From a virus (taxonomy: Duplodnaviria > Caudoviricetes), in the IMG/VR virus record IMGVR_UViG_3300013121_000005, positions 160,001 through 224,000 of that record: a DNA stretch of 64,000 nucleotides. One strand, written 5' to 3'. Positions 30,101 through 38,109 of this stretch are shown here, piece after piece. The translations under genes and the position numbers were made by a program. Below the pieces are notes generated by a model, which saw only the letters and a list, made by a program, of their open reading frames with translations, did no database searches and was not told the DNA's origin. Position 1 is the stretch's first letter. Every line of letters begins with the position of its first letter.

Positions 30101-31684
30101 AACTCAACTTTTTCCTTTGGCGGAGTTACTCACGCTGGGGCTAAGTTTTTCACGGACCAGCGGGGGTTGGGTCGACAAGGTATCGAGTTGCCTCCTTTCT
30201 ATGGGATTGCTCGACTTTGGGCGGTCTACGAAGCGAGCGACTACAAGGCAAATGGCTCGTCTGTCAACCCTTCAACCCGTGAGGCTATTGGGGCTGGTGC
30301 GGTAAACCTGCTTCGCACCAACTTTCAAGGGCCAGTTTTCTGGGTAGAGATTGATGATGATGGAGACTCTACATTCATTTTGAATGCAGAGGCTCTTGAC
30401 CTCACCAAGTCCCCTGTCCCTATCCCAAGCTTTACCTCGAAGCACTATGTTGTTGAAGCTTCGGTCTTCGGCTTCGACCGAGACGCATTCGACACGTCTA
30501 AGCCATTCCGTCTAGTACTCTCCAGGGACCGTACAGCGGCGAATACTGGGGTTCGGGCAACCAACACAGATGCCGCTATTTTCGGCCCTGTGTCTGTTGT
30601 TCCGGGGCCAATGACAGCCTCGGATAATGCTCTGGTCAACTTTTCACGGACCCCCTATGGGGGTGACCCTTGGGGTAGTCAGACAAATTACGTAGACCAT
30701 GGGTACAATCCAGGTTCTCTAACCACTTCGGTGGCCTACCAACTGGTATCCTCTACGCTAAACGAAGCTAGTTTGACTAGACCAAATCAGAAACCTCTAG
30801 AGGTCCTGGCTTCCATTGGATTTATCACAAGCCTTGGAACGGGTAGGTTCTCCGGGGATGTGGTGCCTCCAAATAGCTATGACTTCCGGAATGTCGGGTA
30901 TGAGGACCTAACCGTATACCCTCCTGCCAGCGGAGTATCTCCTCGCCCCAAGGTTTTGATGGGTGCGCTTACCCCTCCAGCCATTCGTCGGTTTCAGGGT
31001 AGCTATGCGCTGGATGTAAACCCTGAGTATGTGGGTGCGACTGATCGACTTCCTCTGGGTGCCTTGTGGCGAGACAAGGACTTCCGTGGGGATCTCTTCG
31101 CCAACAGCAACCGGACAGCATTACTCTACACGAACTCTACAGGTGCTGGTAACTTCGGTTCGAGCATGGCGCGAACGAAGCTTCTGGAACAGGATGAGGT
31201 TCCTCTTCTACCAGCTAACGTAGCTTCGGGTCAGGCAGGGGATATCATCGTCCAGGTGGACGGTGAGCAAGGTAATTACGCTCTACTCACCAACTTCCGT
31301 ACCTTCCGTGGTGGGTCTGCCTTTACTGGAGGTGGAGACCGTCCTGGCGGGGAGGTGGTTACGGTTCTAGATTCGCTCAATGAGGCAGGTCAAGTCCTTG
31401 TGGGACGTGCCTACCTTGTACGGAACAGCGTTACCTCGGTTGGGGCAAATGAGGCATCAGCAGGTGATGAGCTGATGCTTGCAGTCATCACCTCTAGATT
31501 GTATTCCGCCCCCGTTGAACCTCCTATTGCACAATCTGCTGTAGCAAGTATTGGGACCAACGGATCGTCAGAGGGGTACGCGGCAGCAGACTTGTATCGG
31601 ATTGAGGGTCATCCCCTTGTGATGAACAACATCAAGTACACAGTTGACCCTTCCACCATCAACCTACCAAAGAAGACGACCTAA
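27107..31684 (+). CDS. Large baseplate/fibre protein with DUF4815-like N-terminus (paralogue of 14509..17121)
   Basis: FIEVIWQQGKPPLDAELN, ETTQRVQVQYRIRV and GDPGLWRAGDG...LGTVDGY are shared with 14509..17121. LLQIGDELLTYT...RGVNGSAAEAH module. GTG 27104 is an alternative start. Confidence 0.65.
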   Translation: MDNYGTGVSRVLDPKQTAFIEVIWQQGKPPLDAELNLLQQLQTDWRQQLILRGTPSGFLGNETNPSKDFVTNLNWSNWFQFGRQRSGEKQSIMWAVVNGWLIPVTGTRTGTPPGSPNNTDTWNKIALDPPPSNSGDFRADFVFLEVWQARVPSNPSALNKPSTSAVYRYGNVEGGYSYLADDLKDPAIGVETTQRVQVQYRIRVVKGLIGLATYPDGFDPSIVKARGAAAADTAYTFTNMRTELGDPGLWRAGDGTANSLGTVDGYCYAVPISVVFRRNSVAWSGDPSQNLNGAFNRNPTATDRTGVKTFSTVPALASALTSVATSLSIVSASNIPLPTNPSTPVLLQIGDELLTYTAITGTTLTGLVRGVNGSAAEAHPAGRTIKVLSGRPDGLFSDQIAATDVLDLRHVVSPNGFDYHTLLESNLDKLLRGQLRANWKRSGGGPQGPFLFYEDKISAAAAGLGVTKVDAPDNIRLIFSDSAVQQKVEVLCTPFSAPVVIPAIQPVGTAWSLAINAQTTRQRTGNQWDTELATGDGLGDRIKIPVAQFKSTVPGADADQIRILNEVPAFGAAGSTAGGTTFTDTSVNFATAGVLPGDTLVIFQGANMGSYPVVSVATQSVTISGALTAGAGITYEVRRGIGSIQVRIDGFDDPLPQHRFRVTPLNPTSSDDLVIEFTGAGVPFPTPKTLYITTHIQYGAGRGLSHRPDSLHNISLVNPNADLLVRQSGVPATNFPLSTGWALLWSKYRNTVYKGMLPVTAASYADLGNKTVILTPFRRVSYPATPIGVRTQDGSSTNRYSAAVSTGTGTGSSNGTTTFTDGGATFAANGVVAGDVLEINSGLAVGRYRVVSAAVTTLVVDRAIPTAAGITYSVHHTQGLMPLNKRNGVTAKWATTDPLGLFSGSTDPDVNRKNFFVSLPRHLVPGWGEVHAPVLASNGAIFHRGVNFMLQAREGLNTNVTDADHCRQYINYTSNVPLSYASMSTGNFSGLTIVPATYNSTFSFGGVTHAGAKFFTDQRGLGRQGIELPPFYGIARLWAVYEASDYKANGSSVNPSTREAIGAGAVNLLRTNFQGPVFWVEIDDDGDSTFILNAEALDLTKSPVPIPSFTSKHYVVEASVFGFDRDAFDTSKPFRLVLSRDRTAANTGVRATNTDAAIFGPVSVVPGPMTASDNALVNFSRTPYGGDPWGSQTNYVDHGYNPGSLTTSVAYQLVSSTLNEASLTRPNQKPLEVLASIGFITSLGTGRFSGDVVPPNSYDFRNVGYEDLTVYPPASGVSPRPKVLMGALTPPAIRRFQGSYALDVNPEYVGATDRLPLGALWRDKDFRGDLFANSNRTALLYTNSTGAGNFGSSMARTKLLEQDEVPLLPANVASGQAGDIIVQVDGEQGNYALLTNFRTFRGGSAFTGGGDRPGGEVVTVLDSLNEAGQVLVGRAYLVRNSVTSVGANEASAGDELMLAVITSRLYSAPVEPPIAQSAVASIGTNGSSEGYAAADLYRIEGHPLVMNNIKYTVDPSTINLPKKTT

Positions 31685-31685
31685 A

Positions 31686-32060
31686 ATGGCTCGTGGTGTT
31701 CTTACCCTCTACGAAGTGCCCGCTGAGGTGCGTGCGAAAGGAGCGGCTCAAGCCCGTCAACAGCTCCACACGCTTTTATCTAACCCTCACTTGACTGAAG
31801 CTCAACGAGAAGACCTTCGTGCTCGTTTAGCTTGGGTTACGAAGTGGGAGACAGCTAATGTAGGGGATTTGCTACCTCCTCCTTCGTCCCCTCCTGAAGA
31901 CTCTTTCACGACGGAACCTTCGCAAGAGGTTCCAAGCCCTACCCCAACTCATCATCAAGTTGAAGTCCTAGAGACCCTACAAGTCGACGAGGTTCCAAGC
32001 CCTACCCCAACTCATCATCAAGTTGAAGTCCTAGAGACCCTGCAAGTCGACGAGGCTTGA
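31686..32060 (+). CDS. Small protein with duplicated C-terminal EVPSPTPTHHQVEVLETLQVD
   Basis: ATG at 31686, 1 nt after the previous stop, is preferred to the track's TTG 31644. Confidence 0.6.
   Translation: MARGVLTLYEVPAEVRAKGAAQARQQLHTLLSNPHLTEAQREDLRARLAWVTKWETANVGDLLPPPSSPPEDSFTTEPSQEVPSPTPTHHQVEVLETLQVDEVPSPTPTHHQVEVLETLQVDEA
31926..32055 (+). repeat. 63-bp tandem duplication (2 copies, 1 synonymous mismatch)
   Basis: gaggttccaagccctaccccaactcatcatcaagttgaagtcctagagaccct(a/g)caagtcgac at 31926 and 31989. Confidence 0.95.
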
Positions 32061-32076
32061 GCACGGAGCAGTAGTC

Positions 32077-32511
32077 ATGGATAAGATTTTCGATTCTTTT
32101 GTGAATGCTCAAACCTTGATCCTGTGTCTTGCGATCTACCTGATGACGTTTGTCATCCGAAAAGTGGTCGAAGGGTTCTGGAAGGGGGCCAAAAGCAATC
32201 GTCTTTGGCGAGAAGTATGGTTGCCCATTGGGCCGGTGGCTAACGGAGCCTTCATTGGTGTAGTTGCCAAAACGTTTGTTTGGCCAGACTTTGTGGGCAC
32301 CTCACTTGCTGGGCGCATCATGTACGGTGCGATTTGTGGAGTGTTCTCTGCTCTCGTTTACGGGCGTGTACGTTCTTTCGTTCAGAGTGCCCCCTCTAAG
32401 AAGAAGGGTGCCTCAGAACCTCCTTCTCCTTTGATGCCTTCGGATCCCCCTTCTCCTTTGATGCCTTCGGATCCCCCTTCCTCTGTAGATGAGAAGAACC
32501 CGGAGGGTTGA
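32077..32511 (+). CDS. Putative holin (3 TM segments)
   Basis: Three hydrophobic stretches, a charged Pro-rich C-tail, and position right after the tail block. Confidence 0.55.
   Translation: MDKIFDSFVNAQTLILCLAIYLMTFVIRKVVEGFWKGAKSNRLWREVWLPIGPVANGAFIGVVAKTFVWPDFVGTSLAGRIMYGAICGVFSALVYGRVRSFVQSAPSKKKGASEPPSPLMPSDPPSPLMPSDPPSSVDEKNPEG
32422..32480 (+). repeat. 27-bp tandem duplication (PSPLMPSDP)
   Basis: ccttctcctttgatgccttcggatccc x2. Confidence 0.9.
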
Positions 32512-33053
32512 GCGTGAGTACAGAGCCATCCCAATCTTTCTGGGCGCGTACATGGGCTTCGGCCAAGACCGTGTTTAATTGGGTTGGCTCGAAGATTCTT
32601 GGCCCAGTCCTTGCGGTTCTCCTTGTCCTTGTGGCCGTTCTTCTAGTTTCAATGGGCTTTAAGGAACTCCAGATTGGAGGTCTCTTAGGTAAGCTCTTCG
32701 GGAAGAAGGATGAGGGGAAGCGAGTCCTTGACGTGGCCAATTCGGTCGACCCTGATCGTGTTGGTCCGGATGGGAAGCTGATCCAACCTGAGCAACCAGA
32801 CTCTACGGGGCAAACCCAAGCCGTTGTCGTTCCCATTCAAGAGCCAGGTCTGTTTTCGGACCCTAAAAAAGTAATCTATGTCCCCCCTGGTGAAACGAAA
32901 CCCATAGAGGTAGTGCTTCCTGACGGGGTAACCAACAAGGATGTGGCTCAAGTTGTGGTGGTCAAACCAGACGTAGTAGTCGTGACCGTGAAGGACAACT
33001 CCGGGATCGACGCGAAAAAGGTGGACGACTTGCTCAAGAAGTATGGGCCATGA
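32508..33053 (+). CDS. Single-pass membrane protein (i-spanin-like position)
   Basis: ILGPVLAVLLVLVAVLLVSMGF TM segment. Start overlaps the holin stop. Confidence 0.5.
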   Translation: MSVSTEPSQSFWARTWASAKTVFNWVGSKILGPVLAVLLVLVAVLLVSMGFKELQIGGLLGKLFGKKDEGKRVLDVANSVDPDRVGPDGKLIQPEQPDSTGQTQAVVVPIQEPGLFSDPKKVIYVPPGETKPIEVVLPDGVTNKDVAQVVVVKPDVVVVTVKDNSGIDAKKVDDLLKKYGP

Positions 33054-33083
33054 GGCCATGAGGATTGAAGAAGGGGAAGTCCA

Positions 33084-33965
33084 ATGCCCATAACACCGAA
33101 GAAGGCCAGTCTTGTCGATCAATTCATCGCTGCCAAGGTGAAGGATCGGTACACAATGGCCAAGGAAGCTGATGTGAATGACTATTCTAGCTCACTCCGC
33201 CTACTGAAGGCAGCGGATGCAGAGATTGCTAGTTTACTTACATTGACTCACAAGTATGAGTCTGCTGCCAAGAAGGCTTTTGACGACTTTGAGGAGGCTG
33301 CTACTGAGACCCTCCCTAGGGAGCTGGAAAAGATTGGGGTCCCCTCCAAAAACCTTCAGCGTTACTTTACTCAGATAGCCAATCTGCTCCAAACAGTAAA
33401 AAAGGGGCACCCTCTTCGAGCCTTCAGCTTCAAGAGTGAGTCTCCTGTCGCTAAGGTCCAAAAGGTCCTAGCAACCATTGGTAAGGCGATCTTGAAGGAA
33501 AGTGGGGCGGGGGCAGCAATAGTCAAGCCTGCTTTGGCCACTCACATATTCCAGAAGAGCATTTCTTCTCCCCTTGGACGCCTTAAGGACATTTGTGCTG
33601 ATTGGTATGCAGCAGTCCTAGAGGCTTCGAGTATTATCGAGAAGAGCGTTACCAAGGGTTCCATTTCGGAGGAACCTCATCGGATTGGTTTCGGGGATGA
33701 CGCTGAGTTCGACAGGTATGCTAAAGCTCAGCGGGAATTCGCTGCGGAGGCGAAAGACTTGTCTGACTTGCTCCGACACTGCGCTATTGGGTTGCCGTTG
33801 GCATCTTCTGGATTTGAGGATTGTGAGGATGTTGGTCTTTGTCTCAAGACAATGGCGAAAACGAGTTCGGATTTGATCCAGACTCACCTGGATTTCGGAA
33901 AGCGGTGGGGAGATTACCGAGCGAAGCTCCAGGATAGACAAGAGGGGCAATCGTCTCTATTCTAA
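33084..33965 (+). CDS. Helical hypothetical protein with N-terminal KKA...IAAKVKDRY...KEA tag-like motif
   Basis: 293-aa ORF with SD. N-terminus resembles the motif shared by the 54-64 kb proteins. Confidence 0.65.
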   Translation: MPITPKKASLVDQFIAAKVKDRYTMAKEADVNDYSSSLRLLKAADAEIASLLTLTHKYESAAKKAFDDFEEAATETLPRELEKIGVPSKNLQRYFTQIANLLQTVKKGHPLRAFSFKSESPVAKVQKVLATIGKAILKESGAGAAIVKPALATHIFQKSISSPLGRLKDICADWYAAVLEASSIIEKSVTKGSISEEPHRIGFGDDAEFDRYAKAQREFAAEAKDLSDLLRHCAIGLPLASSGFEDCEDVGLCLKTMAKTSSDLIQTHLDFGKRWGDYRAKLQDRQEGQSSLF

Positions 33966-33975
33966 GGGGACACTT

Positions 33976-34587
33976 ATGCTTTTCCGGGCTCTCCTTGTTT
34001 CACTTCTTACATTTGTACCTCCTTCTTTGCCTGCCTATGCGTGCGAGGGGGGTGCTAAGTGTATCCCCCCTGAGGACCTGGAGGTTTTCGTCAAGCTTCT
34101 GAGGGAAAAGAAGTGCCTTCAGGATGAAAAGCCGGTCTACCAGATCGATCCTATCGTGATCACCACGGATGTGGATGGTCGTGTGTACTACTCAGGCGCT
34201 ATGCCTAAACCGTACACAATCCAAATGCGGTGGTGTAACTATGATGTGCAGGCCCAGGGTATCTTAGATGTGCAAGTGGCTAAGCGAGTGCCCCCTGAGT
34301 GGGGGTTTCGCTTTCGCCTCAAATTTTACGGGGGCTTTCTCTTTACAGATGCCTTCGAGAAGTACAATGACAAGTATGACCCGAGCCGAGCTGTAGACGC
34401 GGGACTTCAAGCGGACTTCTTTCACTGGCGGTCTGTCAACTTCAACGTAGGGGCTGGATTTCGGTCCGCTCAGGTCAGTGTAGGGGTTGATCTGACCAAA
34501 AACTTTGGAGTGTTCGGAGGTTATGCCTTCTCTTTTTGGTCGCTTAGGCATAACCCTCAGGTGGGGCTGTACTTTTCTTTCTGGTAG
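33976..34587 (+). CDS. Secreted protein with C-terminal outer-membrane-type amphipathic beta strands
   Basis: Signal peptide (MLFRALLVSLLTFVPPSLPAYA). Alternating hydrophobic strands, ending QVGLYFSFW like an OMP beta-signal. Confidence 0.6.
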   Translation: MLFRALLVSLLTFVPPSLPAYACEGGAKCIPPEDLEVFVKLLREKKCLQDEKPVYQIDPIVITTDVDGRVYYSGAMPKPYTIQMRWCNYDVQAQGILDVQVAKRVPPEWGFRFRLKFYGGFLFTDAFEKYNDKYDPSRAVDAGLQADFFHWRSVNFNVGAGFRSAQVSVGVDLTKNFGVFGGYAFSFWSLRHNPQVGLYFSFW

Positions 34588-34630
34588 AGGTTGAAGGATT
34601 GGGGGGTCGTTCGTTGAGTAGTCAGAGCTT

Positions 34631-34865
34631 AGTTAGGTTTTGGACGGGCAGGCCATCCGCCAACCCCTAACTTCTAGGTCTTGGGGTGGCTTCCAAGCAC
34701 TAGAACCCTTGACTGGAGTAGCTACCAGTTGAGGACATCCGGGTGAGACCGGATAGTCCCGGGTATACCGCAGGGCCAGAAGGGTCCTGACGGGTGACCG
34801 GAAACAGACAAATGCTCCCGTGGCGGTGGGCCCAAAAGGGGCAGGATCGAGACCTGCCGGGAGCC
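34631..34865 (+). ncRNA. Candidate structured ncRNA (about 235 nt): five hairpins followed by a tRNA-like element
   Basis: Stems: AGTTAGG/CCTAACT (34631-34672), TCTAG..CTTGGGG/TTCCAAG..CTAGA (34673-34704), CCTTGACTGG/CCAGTTGAGG (34707-34734), ATCCGG/CCGGAT (34737-34754), CCGG..CAGGGCC/GGTCCTG..CCGG (34759-34801). Then GCTCCCG/CGGGAGC acceptor plus GCAGG-ATCGAGA-CCTGC T arm, and a T-tract. Confidence 0.6.
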
Positions 34866-34893
34866 TCTTTTTATGTATGCGCGACCCCGCTTT

Positions 34894-34899
34894 GGTGTA
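34894..34899 (+). promoter_or_regulatory. GGTGTA motif (candidate middle/replication-gene promoter)
   Basis: TTTGGTGTATAGT with a 13-nt spacer to an SD-less ATG. The hexamer recurs at 38087, 45020, 45737, 49674 and 55719. Confidence 0.55.
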
Positions 34900-34912
34900 T
34901 AGTTTCCCCCTC

Positions 34913-37900
34913 ATGAGTGAGGATCGAGCCAAGCAAATCTACGAGCATCTTCTTAAGGTTCGGGCCTCGAAGACTCTAGAGTTGAAACCGACCCCGATGT
35001 TCCGCCAGGAGATCGTGGGCCTAGATGGGCAGCCTCAACCCTTCCGGCTTCGGTATTACCAGGCGCAGGGCATCTACCACCTGCTCCTAGTTAACCGGAT
35101 GGTTCTTGGTGACGGCACCGGTTTGGGCAAGTGTGAGGTTCGGGGTACGATGATCCTTTCTTCGGAAGGGCTTGTGCCGATCGAGTCCTTTGCGCCGACA
35201 TCCTTCGACACTGGCCGACCAGAAGAGGGCTTCTATGACCTTGATCGTGAGGTCTCCGTCTGGACAGGCCGACGAATGGCGCCGGTCTCTCGTTTCTACT
35301 GGAGTGGAAAGAAGCCGACGAACAAGCTCACGACTCGGAATGGTTACCAAATCGAGGGATCGCTTGTTCACCCCGTGCGTGTTCGTGATGAGCACGGAGA
35401 ACACTGGAAAGAACTTAGCACCGTCCGGGAAGGGGACTTCCTCTGTGTGGATCGGTCTGAAGCCCCTTTCCCAGAGCGTGAACCTGCGATCACATTCGAC
35501 ACCTCAACGCTGGCTGCAAATGCGAGGGCGTACCAGTACCCAACGTCCTTGACCCCGGAGTTGGCGACACTCCTTGGTTACATCGTCGCGGAGGGCCACG
35601 CCCGGAAGTATGGGGTTACCGTCACCCAGTTTCGTGACTTGAACCCAGAGCCGCATGATGAAATCCGCAGGCTATTTCAAGGCGTCTTCGGGTGGGAAGG
35701 TAATTTCAACGACCTTGACCATGACACAGCAATCAAGGTGTCGAGTATCGGCATCCGGGAATTCCTTCGAGCCGTGGGGATTGGAGACGAGCTTTCGCGC
35801 GGTAAGTGTGTGCCGGAAGTCATATTCCGTGGGACTCGTGAGTCCATTCGTGGGTTCCTGTCGGCTCTCATTGAAGCGGAGGGGTCTGTCGCAGAGGGTG
35901 GGGTTGAGTTCTCGTCAGCTTCAGCAACCCTCGCCCGACAAGTACAACTTCTTCTGCTTCGCTTTGGGGTGGTCTCTGCACTGTCAGAGAAGCGTATCAA
36001 GGGCAACGACCACATTTACTGGCGTCTAACCTTCTTCAGCGACTCCGCACGCATCTTTCATGATCAGATCGGATTCCGATCTGATCGGAAGACAGAGGCC
36101 CTTCGGAATAGTTTTTCGACTACTTCCAATCCGAACAAGGATCTTATCCCTCATGCGGCGGGCCCCGTGGGTGCCCTCAAGGCTCGGATCTTGGAAGCCA
36201 CCTCGCGTTCGGGGGCAAATGAGAACCGTAAGGGTTCAGGGATCAAGCAGTTCGGAGAGACTTTCCAGAGTACCTTGAAGCACATTTTGAATGGATATCG
36301 AAACCCGAGCTATGCGTGGCTTGGAAAGCTTCTAGAAGTTGCATATGCTGTTGGGGTTTCGGCGACGCCAGAATATGCAGCGGTTCTCGCTTTGACTGAA
36401 CGTCGTTTTTTCTACGACCCAGTGGTGAAGGTCGAGCGAGGCGAAGCCGAGGTGATGGACATCGAGGTCGACGATCCCGAGCATTGCTACATTGCGAATG
36501 GGCTTCTTAGCCACAACACTCTCCAGGCCATTGGGGCACTCTGCTACCTCTGGGAGCGTGACCCCGAGATCAAGCCGATCGTTGTATGCCCCAAGAGCGC
36601 CATTAGGCAGTGGGCATCCGAGGTCGAGAAATTCACTCACGGGGTTCAGACCTTTGTGGTCTCAGGGTCCCAGGAACAGCGAAAGGCCACCTACAAAACT
36701 TGGGCGTCGGCCCCTTCTGGGCCTAACGACCCCAAGTCGATCCTGATCGTCAACTACCACCTTCTCGTCCGGGACTGGGACCATGGGATTGTCAAGCACG
36801 CCCCACCCGAAGGCGCCAAGCATGGCACTCAACCAGTCGCAGGTCGAGGGCTTCTAGACGAACTAACTTTTCGGCTTCCCAAGGTCGTTACCATCTTCGA
36901 CGAGGCGACGGCCTTCAAGAACCCAAGCACGAAAACCCACCAGACGTGCCGGTTCCTCTCGGAGCGGTCGAAACGATGTTGGGGGCTCACGGCGACCCTC
37001 TTGAAAAACAGCCTCATCGAGGGGTTCGGCATCTACAAGGTCATCCGCCCCGAGACCTTCGGCTCCAAGACCGCCTTCCTGAACTCGTACTGCGTCACCG
37101 AGCTTCAGCGGGTGAAAGGTGGGGCCAAGGTGCCCATCATCGTCGGGTACCGGAACCTTTCCGACTTCCGGGCAACCATCGACAAGTTCTTCTATGGGCG
37201 GCCCAAGCACCTTGTGAGTGACGAGCTGCCAGCTCTTACCACAAGGGAGGTCCTTTGCGAGCTGACCCCAGCCGAGGATCGGAAGTACGCGGAAGCTCTC
37301 AACGGCATCCTGGAGGTTGGGAGTGGCGACCTGAAAGACTACCGTGAGACAAAAGAGCTAACGAGTCTTATCTACTGTCAGGAGGTCGTCGATTCGATAG
37401 CCCTTCTTGGATTTGACGAAGAAGGTCTTGAGGGCTCTTTTTCCGGCAAGAGCGCAAAAGAGCAGGCTCTTTTGGATTTGGTCTCGGAAGAATTCGCGGA
37501 TGAAAAGGTTATCGTATACACTCGATTTGAGAAGCTCGTAACTAGACTGCAAAAGCTGCTAGCGGCGGAGCGTATCAAGAGCGTGCGCATCACGGGTAAG
37601 GAAAAAGACCACGAACGAAAGAAGAATCAGGACGCCTTCCAGAATCTCGAAAGCAATGTCAAGGTGGTATTCATCACGGACGCTGGATCAGAGGCTATTA
37701 ACCTCCAAGCGGCAGTGGGGATGATCTTCTTTGATTCGCCATGGTCTTGGGGGCATTACGTTCAACTCATTGGGCGTATGATTCGGATTGGGTCGCCTCA
37801 TCAAAATGTACTCGCTGTCCATCTTATTGCGGAGCGCCCAAACAAGGATAGCTCCAAACGAGAGACCATTGACCATAAGGTCATCAAGAAGCTTCGGAAG

Positions 37901-38020
37901 AAAAAGGGGCTCATTGACCAGGTTATCGGGGAAGCAGCCGTTGGGGCTCTCAAGTTTGAGCGGTCTGAAAGTGACCTTCGGGATCTCTTCACGTCCTTGC
38001 GCGAGGACGTGAAGAAGTAA
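34913..38020 (+). CDS. SNF2-family helicase/ATPase with intein
   Basis: LRYYQ, GDGTGLGK|T, IVVCPKS..QW..E, IFDEAT, GLTAT, KVIVYT, AGSEAINLQ, QLIGRMIRIG. ATG 34913 is preferred to GTG 34820, which runs through the structured RNA. Confidence 0.9.
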   Translation: MSEDRAKQIYEHLLKVRASKTLELKPTPMFRQEIVGLDGQPQPFRLRYYQAQGIYHLLLVNRMVLGDGTGLGKCEVRGTMILSSEGLVPIESFAPTSFDTGRPEEGFYDLDREVSVWTGRRMAPVSRFYWSGKKPTNKLTTRNGYQIEGSLVHPVRVRDEHGEHWKELSTVREGDFLCVDRSEAPFPEREPAITFDTSTLAANARAYQYPTSLTPELATLLGYIVAEGHARKYGVTVTQFRDLNPEPHDEIRRLFQGVFGWEGNFNDLDHDTAIKVSSIGIREFLRAVGIGDELSRGKCVPEVIFRGTRESIRGFLSALIEAEGSVAEGGVEFSSASATLARQVQLLLLRFGVVSALSEKRIKGNDHIYWRLTFFSDSARIFHDQIGFRSDRKTEALRNSFSTTSNPNKDLIPHAAGPVGALKARILEATSRSGANENRKGSGIKQFGETFQSTLKHILNGYRNPSYAWLGKLLEVAYAVGVSATPEYAAVLALTERRFFYDPVVKVERGEAEVMDIEVDDPEHCYIANGLLSHNTLQAIGALCYLWERDPEIKPIVVCPKSAIRQWASEVEKFTHGVQTFVVSGSQEQRKATYKTWASAPSGPNDPKSILIVNYHLLVRDWDHGIVKHAPPEGAKHGTQPVAGRGLLDELTFRLPKVVTIFDEATAFKNPSTKTHQTCRFLSERSKRCWGLTATLLKNSLIEGFGIYKVIRPETFGSKTAFLNSYCVTELQRVKGGAKVPIIVGYRNLSDFRATIDKFFYGRPKHLVSDELPALTTREVLCELTPAEDRKYAEALNGILEVGSGDLKDYRETKELTSLIYCQEVVDSIALLGFDEEGLEGSFSGKSAKEQALLDLVSEEFADEKVIVYTRFEKLVTRLQKLLAAERIKSVRITGKEKDHERKKNQDAFQNLESNVKVVFITDAGSEAINLQAAVGMIFFDSPWSWGHYVQLIGRMIRIGSPHQNVLAVHLIAERPNKDSSKRETIDHKVIKKLRKKKGLIDQVIGEAAVGALKFERSESDLRDLFTSLREDVKK
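35132..36517 (+). mobile_element. Intein with LAGLIDADG homing endonuclease (462 aa) in the SNF2 Walker A
   Basis: Begins with C after GLGK, ends ANGLLSHN followed by T. LLGYIVAEG and FLSALIEAEG endonuclease motifs. Confidence 0.93.
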
Positions 38021-38109
38021 GCCCCCGTAAGTCTTCGGTCTTCTTCTGAGGGGGTAGTAGTTAGTCTGGGTCGGGTTAGGCCCCCTGGTGTATATTGGTC
38101 TCTCCTACT

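Noticed and set aside
1-31684. Bacterial extracellular contractile injection system or tailocin
   Set aside because: The block is contiguous with phage-type replication genes, inteins and single-strand dense coding, so a phage genome is more parsimonious.
34731-34815. RNase P RNA (GAGGA...AGTCC and AGACAAATG resemble conserved regions)
   Set aside because: The GAGGAAAGTCC element is interrupted by a hairpin, and the 3' ACAGAA..CGGCTTA element is absent.
34814-34865. Canonical tRNA or tmRNA
   Set aside because: No 7-nt anticodon loop, no proper D stem, T-loop reads ATCGAGA, no CCA, no G3-U70, and no tag reading frame is evident.
34820-34912. N-terminal extension of SNF2 from GTG 34820, and minus ORF 34633..34932
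   Set aside because: They overlap the hairpin/tRNA-like region and the GGTGTA motif. ATG 34913 is more plausible.
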